Shown here piece by piece: positions 1 to 12,359 of a DNA stretch of 64,000 nt. The stretch covers positions 173,726,001 to 173,790,000 of the forward strand of contig NC_086097.1 in assembly GCF_963921235.1 (NCBI RefSeq). Direction: 5' to 3'. A program made the position numbers and the translations under genes. Each line of letters begins with the position of its first letter. Positions within the stretch are counted from its first letter, which is position 1. Origin of the DNA: Mobula hypostoma (taxonomy: Eukaryota). The notes below the pieces were generated by a model. That model was not told the DNA's origin. It ran no database searches and saw nothing but the letters and a program-made list of their open reading frames with translations.

Positions 1-2455
1 CCCGTTGCATCTCAGAACTTCGAATTTTTTCCCCATTTAAATAATAGTCTGCCCGTTTATTCCTTCTACCAAAGTGCATAACCATACACTTTCCAACATT
101 GTATTTCATTTGCCACTTCTTTGCCCATTCTCCCAATCTATCCAAGTCTCTCTGCAGACACTTTGTTTCCTCAGCACTACCAGCCCCTCCACCTATCTTT
201 GTATCATCAGCAAACTTAGCCACAAGGCCATCTATTCCATAATCTAAATCGTTGATGTATAACGTAAGAAGAAGCGGCCCCAACACGGACCCCTGTGGAA
301 CACCTCTGGTAACCAGCAGCCAACCAGAATGAGATCCCTTTATTCCCACTCTCTGTTTCCTGCCAATCAGCCAATGCTCTATCCACGTATGTAACTTTCC
401 ATAATTCCATGGGCCCTTATCTTGTTTAGCAGCCTCGTGCAGCACCTTGTCAAAGGCCTTCTGAAAATCCAAATACACAACATCCACTGCATCTCCCTTG
501 TCTAGCCTACTTGGAATTTCCTCAAAAAATTGCAAAAGGTTTGTTAGGCAGGATTTTCCTTCAAGGAAACCACGCAATCTTCCAGTCCTCCAGAACCATG
601 CCAGAATCTATTGACTTTTGAAAGATCATTGCTAATGCCTCCGTAATCTCCACAACTACTTCCTTCAGAACACGAGGGTGCATTCCAACTGGTCCGGGTG
701 ATTTATCTACCCTTAGACTATTCAGCTTCCTGAGTACTTTCTCTGTTGTAATTGTGACTGCGCACACTTCTCTTCCCTGACACCCTAGAGTGTCTAGTAT
801 ACTGCTGATGTCTTCCTCAGTGAAGACTGATGCAAAATACTTGTTCAGTTCCTCCGCCATCTCCTTATCTCCCATTACGATTTCTCCAGCATCATTTTCT
901 ATTGGTCCTATATCTACTCTCACCTTTTACTCTTTATACACTTGAAAAAGCTTTTAGTATCCTCTTTGATATTATTTGCAAGCTTCAATTCATAGTTCAT
1001 CTTTTCCCTCATAAAGACCTTCTTAGTTTCCTTTTGTAAGGTTTTAAAAACTTCCCAATCCTGTCTTCCCACTAATTCTTGCTTCCTTGTATGCCCTCTC
1101 CTTTGCTTTAACTTTGGCTTTGACTTCTCTTGTCAGCCACAGTTGCATCCTTTTTCCATTCGAAAATTTCTTCTTTTTTGGAATATATCTGTCTTACACC
1201 TTCCTCACTTCTCGCATAAACTCCAGCCACTGCTGCTCTGCCGTCCTTCCCGCCAGTGTCCCTTTCCAGTCAACTTTGGCCAGTTCCTCTCTCATGCCAC
1301 TGTAATTTCCTTTACTCCACTGAAATACCGACACATCGGATTTCAGCTTCTCTTTCTCAAATTTCACAGTGAACTCAATCATGTTATGATCACTGCCTCC
1401 TAAGGGTTCCTTCACCTCAATCTCTCTAATCACCTCTAGTTCATTATACAATACCCAATCCAGTACAACCGATCCCTTTGTGGGCTCAACGACAAGCTGT
1501 TCTAAAAAGCCATCTCGCAGACATTCTACAAATTCTCTCTCTTCAGCTCCAGTGCTGACCTGATTTTCCCAATCCACTCGCATGTTAAAATCCCCCACAA
1601 TTATCATAACACTGCCCTTCTGACAAGGCTTTTCTATTTCCTGTTGTAATTTGTAGTCCACATCACTGCAGCTGTTTGGGGGCCTGTATATAACTGCCAC
1701 CAGGGTCCTTTTACCCCTGCGATTTCTTAGCTCAACCCATAAAGATTCTGCACCTTCCTATCCTATGTCACCTCTTTCTAATGATTTAATATCATTTCTT
1801 ACCAATAAAATCATGCCACCCCCTCTGCCTACCTGCCTAACCTTCCGATACACCGTGTATCCTTGGATGTTCAGCTCCCAGAGACATTCATCCTTTAGCC
1901 ACGTCTCAGTGATGGCCACAATATCACACCTGCCAATTTGTAGCTGTACGACAAGATCATCCATCTTATTCTTTATGCTGCGTGCATTTAAGTATAACAC
2001 TTTAAGTCCAGTATTTGGTACTTTTTGCTTTGATTGCACCGCAACTCATCCCAATGGCTGCAAATTTGCCCCATCACCTGCCTGTCCTTCCTGACATCTT
2101 TACTGCTCACTATCTTAGATTTATTTCTGTTTTCCCCCTCCTCTGCTCTATCATTCCAGTTCCCATCCCCCTGCCAAATTAGTTTAAACCCTCCCTAACA
2201 CCTCTATTAAACCTTCGCGCCAGGATATTTGTCCCCTTCGGGTTCAGGTGTAACCCGTCCTTTTTGAACAGGTCATACTTCCCCCAGAAGAGATCCCAAT
2301 GATCCAAGAATCTGAAGCCCTGCCCCCTGCACCAGTCTCTCAGCCATGCATTCATCTACCTGATCCTACTATTCTTGCCCTCATTAGCACTTGGCACAGG
2401 TAGCAATCCTGAGATTACTACCCTGGAGGTCCTGTTCTCAGCTTCCTTCCTAACT
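1..2455 (-). mobile_element. CR1 LINE, ORF2 (APE endonuclease plus N-half of RT) and ORF1 C-terminus, degraded; runs off the window start
   Basis: ORF pieces LKVLYLNARSI..IAITETWL (1758-2039), YRPPN..IIVGDFN..GSDHNMIEF (1194-1700), KSPGPVGMHPRVLKEV (561-923), broken by stops and frameshifts. Confidence 0.92.
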
Positions 2456-3024
2456 TTCTATCGAACTCAATAAATAAGTTTGCTGATGACACCACAACTG
2501 TAGGCCGTATCACGGGTAATGATGAGTTTGAGTACAGAGAGGAAATTAAGAACCTGGTGGTGTGGTGCGAAGACAATAACCTATCCCTCAACGTCAGCAA
2601 GATGAAGGAATTGGTTGTTGACTTCAGAAGGAGTAGCGGACCGCACGACCCCATTTACATCAGTGGTGCACAAGTGGAACAGGTCAAAAGCTTTAAGTTC
2701 CTTGGGGGCAATATCACAAATGACCTGACTTGGTCCAACCAAGTAGAGTCCACTGCCAAGAAGGTCCACCAGTGTCCTTACTTCCTGAGAAAGCTAAAGA
2801 AATTTGGCCTGTCCCCTAAAACCCTCACTAATTCTTATACACATTAGAAAGCATTCTTCTAGGGTGCATCACAACCTGGTATGGAAGTTGCCCTGTCCAA
2901 GACTGGAAGAAGCTGCAGAAGATCGTGAACACGAGGAATTCTGCAGATGCTGGAAATTCAAGCAACACACATCAAAGTTGCTGGTGAACGCAGCAGGCCA
3001 GGCAGCATCTCTAGGAAGAGGTAC

Positions 3025-3060
3025 AGTCGACGTTTCGGGCTGAGACCCTTCGTCAGGACT
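3025..3060 (-). ncRNA. Minimal type I hammerhead ribozyme motif (Penelope type)
   Basis: Minus strand reads AGUC-CUGACGA-AGGGUCUCAGCCC-GAA-ACGU-C-GACU: stem I AGUC/GACU, core CUGANGA, stem II GGG/CCC, GAAA, palindromic ACGU stem III, GUC cleavage triplet. Confidence 0.8.
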
Positions 3061-3319
3061 AACTGAAGGAAGAGCTAGTAAGAGATTTGAAAGTGGGAGG
3101 GGGAGGGGGAGATCCAAAATGATAGGAGAAGACAGGAGGGGGAAGGATGGATCCAAGAGCTGGACAGGTGATTGGCAAAAGGGATATGAGAGGATCATGG
3201 GACAGGAGGCCCACCTCTGGGTTTTCCCCCCTCCCCCCCCCCCTCCTGTCTTCTCCTATCATTTTGGATCTTCCCTCCCCCTCCCACTTCCAAATCTCTT
3301 ACTAGCTCTTCCTTCAGTT

Positions 3320-3355
3320 AGTCCTGACGAAGGGTCTCGGCCCGAAACGTCGACT
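3320..3355 (+). ncRNA. Minimal type I hammerhead ribozyme motif (Penelope type)
   Basis: AGTCCTGACGAAGGGTCTCGGCCCGAAACGTCGACT, with all core positions intact. Confidence 0.8.
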
Positions 3356-3877
3356 GTACTTCTTCCTAGAGATGTTGCCTGGCCTGTTGTGTTCACCAGC
3401 GACTTTGATGTGTGTTGCTAGAAGATCGTGAACACAGCCCAGCACATCACACAAACCAATCTTCCGTCCTTGGACTCAGTTTACACTGCACGCTGTTGGA
3501 GCAGTGCTGCCAGGATAATCAAGGACACAACCCACCCAGCCAACACACTTTTCATCCCTCTTCCCTCCGGGAGAAGGCTCAGTAGCTTGAAGACTTCTAC
3601 GACCAGATTTGGAAATAGCTTCTTTCCAACCATGATAAGACTGCTGAACTGATCCTGACCCGGACCTGGGCCGTACCCTCCAAATATCCGGACCTGCCTC
3701 TCTGTTTTTGCATCACCTTACTTTCCCTTTTCTATTTTCTATTTATGATTTACAATTTAAATTTTTAATATTTACTATCGATTTGTACCCCAGGGAGCGC
3801 GAAGTGCAGAACCAAATATCGCTGTGATGATTGAATGTTCTAGTATCAATTGTTTGGTGACAATAAAGTATAAAGTA

Positions 3878-4235
3878 TAACTCCTGGAAATCTCCCTTCA
3901 GGACCTCCTCCCTTTTCCTATCTATGTCATTGGTACCAACATGTACCAAGACAGCTGGCTGCTCACCCTCTCCCCTCAGAATATTCTGTACCCGATCCGA
4001 GACATCCCGTACACTGGCACCTGGGAGGCAACACACCTTGCGGGTATCTCTATCAGGCTCACAGAATCTCCTGTCCGTTCCCCTGACTATGGAATCCCCC
4101 ACGACTACCGCATTTCTCTTCTCCCTCCTTCTCTCCTGCACAACAGCGCCAGGCTCAGTGCCAGAGACCCGGTCACCTTAGCCATCCCCTGTCAGGTCAT
4201 CCCCCTCAACAGCATCCAAAACGAGACACTTGCTG
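3878..4235 (-). mobile_element. CR1 ORF1 (SGNH esterase-like), continuation of the element at 1-2455
   Basis: AVVVGDSIVRG..CCLPGA..VHVGTNDI..EEVLKGDFQEL in ORF 3743-4141. Confidence 0.88.
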
Positions 4236-6102
4236 CTGTCAAATGACTATAACTTGCTTTGAGAAGTTAAAAGCTGTGAAGCAGAACACTTCCTTAAGAT
4301 CTGAATTTGTCAACAACATGCAATGACATGGTCATCCGCTTTGGCTGCAGTTGTTCTACTGATCTCAAATAGACCTGACTGAAATATTGCTGTGGTTTTC
4401 TTCGTACCAAGAATATTAAACAGATGAATGAACGATAACCACAAGTGAGTCAGCATGAAAAGGAACTTGAGAGGACCATCTCAAACACTTGCCACATGAT
4501 CACCCATTTGCCCCTACCAGCACTGTGTGTGGAAGAGATGAAAGTTTCCACATTGGCCTAATCAGAAATCTCAGAACCTGCAAAACCAGAGTTATTCTCA
4601 ATCCTGAGGGCCTACATAAGAAGAAGCTGTTATTATTTTGTAACTGAATAGCTGGTGTAGCACAGTGGGAATATTCCTGTCGCTATGAAATAGTCAGTAA
4701 TTATTTCAATCCTCATATCAAGACTGATTATCTCTCCAGCGCAGTGCAAGGTGGTGCTGGTGAACCATGATGCCGTATTGTGGGCTGCTTACAAAACATA
4801 TAACTCTTCTGAGTTACCCTCACTGCAATTTGCAGCCTGTAATTTCCCTTTCAGCAAAATTATTATGAATCTACTTAATAAGCAAGCAATTTCACAATAT
4901 TCTGAAGGACTCAGCGGGCTTGACTCTCAAGCCTGCACCTTGAAGCAGATGTCATCATGGCCAGAAGAGAGGGAGGAGGGGAGGACTCCAAGCCAGGCTG
5001 AGCCACTAAGAAATGAAAGTCCCTCTACTCAGCATCTTGGTAGCAAATGTACGGTCGCTGGAGAAGAAGATTGAGGACCTAAGGGCAAAATTGTTGTCTT
5101 GGAGAAAAATGAGGAATTACTGTGTTCTGTGTTTCACGGAAACAAGGCTCACTCTGAAAAGTCGGATGAGTAAGTAAGACCCAAAGGCTTCTCAATACAC
5201 AGGATGATCCAAACGTCTGATTCAAAGGTGGCAAAACGTGGTGGTGGGGGGGCCTCTGTGTTTCATGATTAACTCTTCTTGTTGCTCGAACACGACAGTT
5301 CTATCATACTCTTGTTCTCCTGATCTGGAGCAACTAAAGATTAAGTGCTAACCATTCTACTTAGCAAGAGAGTTCTCCTCCACGATGCTGACCACAGTTT
5401 AAGTACTGCCCAAAGACAACGTTAATCAGATACTTGAGATATTAAATGCTACCATCATCAAACCAGAAACAGCTTACCCCAACACATTTCAAATCAGTCA
5501 GTGACTTCAATCAGACTTTTTGAAGAAATCTCTGCCCAATTATCATCAGCATATAACTGGCAGCACCAGGGGTCCCAAAACACCTGATCACTGCTATACT
5601 TCAAAAAGGAGTGCCTACTCTTTTACACTTAGATTGCATTTTGGGAAATCTGATCACTTGGCTGTCCTTCTCCTACATACATACAGGCAGAGGCTAAAGA
5701 GCAAGATTCCAGAGATAAGGACACAAAGAGATGGTACATGACGCAGAGAGGCAGCTACAGAACTGCTTTGAGTCAGTGGACTGGGTCATGTTCAAGGACT
5801 CATCAAAGGTTCTGAACAAATATCACGACAGTTGTTACAGACCTTATAAACGCAGTCATAGACAAGTATGTCTCCACAAACCCTGCATGAACCATGAGAT
5901 TCACAATATGCTGAGGGCCAGATCAGTGGCATTCAGGTCTGGCGACCAAGTGAGATACAAGAGGTCTAGGTACAATCACCGGAAAGCCATCCCACTTGCG
6001 AAATGGCAATTCTGGACTAAACTTGAGTCACTGCAGAATGTTCAGCAGCTGTGGAAGGGTTTTACCTCTTACAAAGTGAAACCAAGCGTCATAGATGACA
6101 AC

Positions 6103-8120
6103 GCAAACATGAGAAAATCTGCAGATGCTGGAAATTCAAGCAGCACACACAAAATGCTGGTGAACACAGCAAGCCAGGCAGCATCTGTAGGAAGAAGTAC
6201 AGTCGACGTTTCAGGTTGAGACCCTTCGTCAGGACTAATGGAAAAAAGAGATAGTAAGAGATTTGAAAGTGGAGAGGAAGGGGGAGACCCGAAATGATAA
6301 GAGAAGACTGGAGGGGGAGGGATGAAGCCAAGAGCTGGGAAGCTGATTGGCAAAAGGGATACAAGGCTGGAGAAGGGGGAGTATCATGGGACAGAAGGCC
6401 TTGGAAGAAAGAAAGGGGGAGGGGAGCACCAGAGGACGGTGGAGAATAGGCAAGGAGTTATTGTGAGAGAGGAAGAGAGAGAAACATACATACATACATA
6501 CATAAATAAAGGATGGGGTACGAAGGGGAGGAGGGGCATTAACGGAAGTTAGAGAAATCAATGTTCATGCCATCAGGTTCGAGGCTGCCCAGACAGAATA
6601 TAAGGTGTTGTTCCTCCAACCTGAGTGTGGCTTCATCTCGACAGTAGAGGAAGCCATGGATTGACACATCGGAATGGGAATGGGACGTGGAATTAAAATG
6701 TGTGGCCACAGGGAGATCCTGCTTCCTCTGGCGGACAGAGCGTAGATGTTCAGCAAAGCGGTCTCCCAATCTGCGTCAGGTCACCTCCCTCCCCTTCCTT
6801 GATCTCTCTGTCTCTATCTCTGGGGACAGCTTATCTACTGATGTCTACTACAAGCCCACAGACTCTCACAGCTATCTGGACTATTCTTCTTCCCACCCTG
6901 TTACTTGTAAAAATGCCATCCCCTTCTCTCAATCCCTCCGTCTCCGCCGCATCTGCTCTCAGACTGAGGCTTTTCATTCCAGGACGAAGAAAATGTCTTC
7001 CTTTTTTAAAGAAAGGGGCTTCCCTTCCTCCACCATCAACTCTGCCCTCAAACACATCTCTCCCATTTCACGCACAGCTGTTCTCACCCCATCCTCACGC
7101 CACCCCACTAGGAATAGGGTTCCTCTTGTCCTCACCTACCACCCCACCAGCCTCCAGGTCCAACATATAATTCTACATAACTTCTGCCATCTCCAATGGG
7201 ATCCCACCACCAAGCACATCTTTCCCTCCCCCCCAACTTTCTGCAGGGATCACTCCCTACGTGACTCCTTTGTCCATTTGTCCCCCACCATCCCTTCCCA
7301 CCGATCTCCCTCCTGGCACTTACCCTTGTAAGCAGAAGAAGTGCCACACCTGCTCTCCCTCCCTCACCACCATTCAGGGCCCCAGACAGTCCTTCCAGGT
7401 GAGGCGACACTTTGCCTGTGAGGCGACACTTTACCTGTGAGCCTGCTGGTATGATATACTGTTTCCGGTGTTCCCGGTGTGGCCTTCTATATCTTGATGA
7501 GACCCGACGCAGATTGGGAGACCGTTTCGCTGAACACCTACACTCTGTCTGTCACAGGAAGCAGGATCTCCCAGTGGCCACACATTTTAATTCCACGTCC
7601 CATTCCGATATGTCGATCCACGGCTTCCTCTACTGTCGAGATGAAGCCACACTCAGGTTGGAGGAACAGGGTAGCATCCAACTTGATGGCATGAACGTTG
7701 ATTTCTCTAACTTCAGCTAATGCCCCTCCTCCCCTTCTTACCCCATCCCAATTTATTTATTTATTTATTTATTTTTCTCTCTTTCCCTCTCACAATAACT
7801 CTTTGCCTGTTCTCCATCTTCCTCTGGTGCTCCCCTCCCCCTTTCTTTCTTCCAAGGCCTTCCGTCCCATGATACTCCCCCTTCTCCAGCCTTGTATCCC
7901 TTTTGCCAATCAACTTCCAAGCTCTTGGCTTCATCCCTCCCCCTCCTGTCTTCTCCTATCATTTTGGGTCTCCCCCTCCCCCTCCCACTTTCAAATCTCT
8001 TACTATCTCTTTTTACCATTCGTCCTGACGAAGGGTCTCAACCCAAAACGTCGACTGTACTTCTTCCTGTAGATGCTGCCAGGCCTGCTGCAGTCCACCA
8101 GCATTTTGTGTGCGCTGCTT
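6103..8120. mobile_element. Penelope-like element: inverted pLTRs with RT C-terminus and GIY-YIG endonuclease remnants
   Basis: Plus arm ~6782-8120 encodes LPFLDL..TDVYYKPTDSHSYLDYSSSHP..RLRRICS and IYCFRCSRCGLLYLDETRRRLGDRFAEH. Minus arm 6103-~6781 repeats the GIY-YIG end and pLTR. 15-bp TSD GTCATAGATGACAAC at 6088-6102 and 8121-8135. Confidence 0.92.
6201..6236 (-). ncRNA. Minimal hammerhead ribozyme motif
   Basis: Minus strand AGUCCUGACGAAGGGUCUCAACCUGAAACGUCGACU, core intact. The partner copy at 8021-8056 (+) has GAAA changed to AAAA. Confidence 0.75.
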
Positions 8121-9518
8121 GTCATAGATGACAACAATGCTTTGCTCCCAAGAGAGCTCAGAGCCTTCTATGCTCACATTGACCTTCAAAACATGGGGGA
8201 GAAGCCTTCAGCAGCTCCCACTGCCCCTGATGACCTTGCAATTTCAGTCTCTGAGGCCAGGGTGAAAACAATCTTCAGAAGGTGAACCCACAGAAACCAT
8301 CTGGCCCAGGCGGGTAGCTGGCCAAATACTAAAGAGCTGTACTGATCAACTGACTGCAGCGTTCACTGATATCTTTAACTCCACGCTTTGGCAGTCTGAC
8401 ATACCCACCTGCTTCAAGCAAGCTTCAATTATAAGAACATGATAACCTGCCTCGATTACTATCATCCAGTCGCACTTACATCCACTGTGATTAAGTGCCT
8501 CCAGAGGTTGGTGATAAAACACATCAACTTCAGCACGAGAAGTGACTTGGATCTGCTGCAATTTACCTACTGGCTCAACAGGTTCACACCAGATGCCATT
8601 TCAAATTTGCTGACAACAGCACTGTCAGTGGCCAAATCATAGGTAGTGATGAATCAGCATATAGAGGGAGATTGAAGATATTGCTGAGTTGTCACGCAAA
8701 TAACCTCTCACACAAGATCAACAAGACCAGCAAGCTGATTATTGACTTCAGGAGGAGGAAATTCGAAGGCCACGTAGCTGGTCTTCATTGGGGATCAGAG
8801 GCACAGAGAGTCAACAAATTTAAATTCCTCAATGTTATCATTTCATAGGACCATTATTGGGCCCAGCATGCAAGAAAGCACGGCAGGGCCTCTACTTCCA
8901 TAGAAATTTGCAAAGATGCAACATGACATCTAAAACCTTGACAAACTTCTATTGGTGTGTGGTGGAGAGTATATTGACTGGTTGCATCATCAATGCCCTT
9001 GAACGGATAATCTTATAAAAAGTAGTGGATATGATACAACCCAGACCATCACAGCCAAAGCCCTACCCACCATTAAGCACATCTACACAGAGTGCTGTCG
9101 CAGGAAAGCAGCATCCATCATCAAGGACCCCCATAACCAAGCACATACTTTCTTCTTGCTGTTGTCATCAGGAAGAAGGTACAGGAGCCCAGGTCCCACA
9201 TCACCAGATTTAGGAACAGTTAATACACCTCAGCTATCAGACTTTTGAACCAGTGGGGAAAACTTCATTCAATTTCACTTGCCCCATCACTGAACTGTAC
9301 CCACAACTTATGCACTCACTTTCAAGGACTCCTCATCTCATGTTCTCAATATTTATTGTTTATTTATGATTATTATTTCTTTTTTTCTATTTGTATTATT
9401 ATAGTTTATTGCCTTTTGTACACTGGATTGTTGTCCATCCTGTTGGATATGGTCTTTCATTGATGCTATTATGTTTCCTGGATTTACTGTATATGCCCAC
9501 TGCAAAGATATGATTCGC

Positions 9519-9759
9519 GAGGGTGGGGGGAGGAAGAGGGAGGGAGAGGGGTGAGGGGATGGGGGGAGAGGGGGGAGGGGGGAGAGGGGAGGGGGAGGGG
9601 GAGGGGAGAGGTAGGGGGAGGTGAGAGGGGAGAGGTAGGGGGAGGTGAGAGGGAAGGGGAGGGGGAGGGGTGGAGGGGAAGGGAGGGGGTGGAGGGGAGG
9701 GAAGTGGCGGGGAGGGGGAGGGGAGGGGAGGGGGGAGAGAGAGAGAGAGGGAGGGGGGA
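9519..9759 (+). repeat. G-rich polypurine low-complexity tract
   Basis: About 240 nt of almost pure G/A with many G3-G6 runs and an internal tandem duplication (GAGGGGAGAGGTAGGGGGAGGTGA x2). Confidence 0.95.
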
Positions 9760-11269
9760 TTATGAGAGGCACAGAAATACTGGATAATTAAAAACAAAAG
9801 GCTCAAAGTCAGGAGTAGGAGATTTAAAGGGGATCTTTGGGGTAAGAATTTATGGTTAAAAATCACACAGTTATTGAAATGTGCAACATTTTCACAGATG
9901 GTGGTATAGAAACAATTATTATATTTAGCAGGCATTTAGAAAGACACTCAAATAGGCATGGCATAGAAGGTTACAGTCAGATGAAGGAAAAATTGAAGTT
10001 TACATGGGCAAAAAGGTCAGCACAGAGGTGATGGGCAAAAAGTCTGTTTCTGTGCTGTACAACATGATGAATCAATGACTCTAAAGATGTGAGAACCTTC
10101 AAGTGGATCACAAGTATCTCGTTTCTGTGCAGTAAAGTTATGTAGAACGAGAACAGTGGTTAAAGTCCATTCCTGTCTACCTTGTAAAATTCTGCTCAGT
10201 TAACCACATCAGGATGATAACAGCACCTGCTAGCTGAGATCAGACATAAATCCAAAAGGTCTCAGAAATGCTCATCCCAAAGAAATAATGACCATCTGTG
10301 CACATGCACAAAGCCCATTTTGGATCATGTCACTGAACTGGCAAAGCTATAGGCAGAATATAAAGAAGTAGATGACCATTAAGAACTAGGAAGTGAACAT
10401 TAATGAAACTGATGGTCTCTTAACAGTTATTCTTACTTTGCATGCTCAGCAGCAATTGCATTCCACATTATAAGTAAAGAAATTTAACTTTTAATAACAG
10501 CCCTAGAAAGAATTATTGAAACAGTTATCTCAAATTTGATTATTCCCATTTTTATCATGTTCAAACCTATTAGCACTCTGAAAAAAGTAACCTTGAGCTG
10601 TCTGCAAGACCTTAAATAGATAAAAATAACTTACAAGAGATTATAATCTAACTAAACAAACTTTCAGAAAGGAAACTACTATCATTGTAGTACTTATTGA
10701 CATAACCTTGTTGGAGTAGATGATTCCAGTATTACTTACTGCTGTTCCTCAAAGCAAACAAATGGACTAACTTAGCTCTCTCCAAAGTTTTAAACTATCG
10801 GAATGGCTGAACCAAATAGTTTAAAATCAAATCCATGAACAGTATCTGAAAATGCACCATTTTTCATCCTGAAATCACAGCACCTTTTTTTCCTAGTCTC
10901 CACTATCAACAACAAAGTCAAGTCAAACATTTCAAAGTGCAACATGGAAGCAGACATGACATTAAAAGGACAGGTACATAAGTATATAACTAAATTATAT
11001 AATATACAGTTTGCTCAAGTTTAGATCTGAAGTATGCCTGTCATTTGAAAGTTTGGGAGTATTTTTCTTCAATTTAAAACCTGCAGTTCTCAATAGTCCA
11101 AACGATTTAAACCTGTTTAAGTGAAAAGGTCTGGTAGATTCTTTCAGCAGCCAAAAAAACTGGCAAGAAAGATATTACTTAGTAAAATCTATATGCTGTG
11201 CTATCTTTGTGCATTTGGTTTACATCTGGAAAAAAATGTTGCAGCTTTAGAATTGGGTGTGATGTAAAT

Positions 11270-12350
11270 CAAAACAACTGCAGATACTAGAAATCTGAAA
11301 TAGAAACCCAAAATGCTGGAAATACTCAGCAAGTCAGACAATACCTGTGGAAAGTGAAAACAAATTAGTTGTCAGTAGCATGGTTTAGAAAAATGACTGT
11401 GGTAGTGCACAGCGCTCTTGACCACAGCTCTTCTATTTCCTGCCCCACAGTTCTATTCCTTTCTCCCACTCTAGTTTCCCTTGTTCTCAACTTCCATCAC
11501 CTAAGCCTCCATATTCAATGGATTACCCCTTAACAGCTGCACCAGCTCCAATATCATTCTATATACCTATATCTTCCGTATTTTGCATTTTGTGTTACCC
11601 TGGTCCACTCCCAATGACTTCCATTTTATGGTATGTTTCCCTGCAACTGAGGAAATGAAACACATGTCCTTTCACCTTTTCTCTTCTGTCCCCCCCTCAC
11701 CCCCATGAGGGACACAGTCTCTCCAAATTTATTAACAATTCTCTTGCACTTCTTCTGGTCTAGTGTACTACAATCAGTAATTACAATGTGGCCTCCTCTG
11801 CACTAGAGAAACCAAACGCAGATTGGGTACATCACTGATTCACAAGGGTGATCACTGAATGCACGTGTTCAATGTAACGGAGTGATCCTGAGTTTCTTCT
11901 TGCCTGTCAGTTTAATTGCCACTCTAATCTATTTGGCTGTAGGATCAACAGAAGCTTCAGGAACAACATCTATCTCAACATAGCCTTCCAGAACCAATAA
12001 CAAATTCTCCAACTTTTTCTAACTCACTCTTTCTATTTGCAACAGAACTTGTCATTTCTGCGAATCATCTGTCTTTGACCCAGTTACTCTCTTTTCATTA
12101 ATATTGTTAATACCACAATCCTATTAGCAACACAACACACAAAGAAGTATAATCTGACTCCAACTATTACACTAATTTATAGGTCTCACCCCATCAGACA
12201 CATTCTCTCTGTTCTACCGATTCCTCTCCTATCTTCTCTGCTACTGAAACTCTCTGTCCCAATTTTGACAAAGGGTCTCCAGCTTGAAACAATAACTCTG
12301 TTTAACTTTCCATAGGTGCTGCCTTACCTGCTGAATGTTATCAGCATTTT
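11270..12350. mobile_element. Old, highly decayed Penelope-like element with inverted arms
   Basis: CTGCAGATACTAGAAATCTG..AAATGCTGGAAATACTCAGCA at the left end, inverted match near 12310-12350, and GIY-YIG-like DNA remnants at ~11630-12010. Confidence 0.6.
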
Positions 12351-12359
12351 CAAAATTAA

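Larger units (their letters stand above)
2933..3419. mobile_element. Penelope-like element, inverted pseudo-LTR pair with hammerhead motifs
   Basis: Arms ~2960-3170 and ~3240-3419 are reverse complements. 16-bp TSD AGAAGATCGTGAACAC at 2917-2932 and 3420-3435. Confidence 0.88.
2456..3877 (+). mobile_element. 5'-truncated Rex1/Babar-type LINE inserted in CR1 ORF1
   Basis: SINKFADDTT..WCEDNNLSLNVSKMKELVVDFRR..FKFLG, then PLPSGRR..SFFP. Ends in a (TAAAGTA)n tail. TAACT is duplicated at 2451-2455 and 3878-3882, and the CR1 frame rejoins across the insert. Confidence 0.9.
4900..9515 (+). mobile_element. Old, near full-length Rex1/Babar LINE, heavily degraded and split by a Penelope insertion
   Basis: EN motifs (LCFTET; DHCY..FGKSDHLAVLL), linker (LQNCFESVDW), RT motifs (YHPVALTSTVIKC) and 3' region. 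Boundaries approximate. Confidence 0.8.

Noticed and set aside
4240..4900. Apparently unique sequence checked for the next VPS13B exon
   Set aside because: No minus-strand frame matching the expected peptide and no supported splice sites.
6687..7331. 214-aa ORF
   Set aside because: Reads across the Penelope inversion junction; it is a truncated, frameshifted RT C-terminal remnant, not a gene.
9353..9935. Proline-rich ORFs (139 and 178 aa) and the Gly/Glu/Arg-rich ORF on the opposite strand
   Set aside because: Translation artefacts of the G-rich low-complexity tract.
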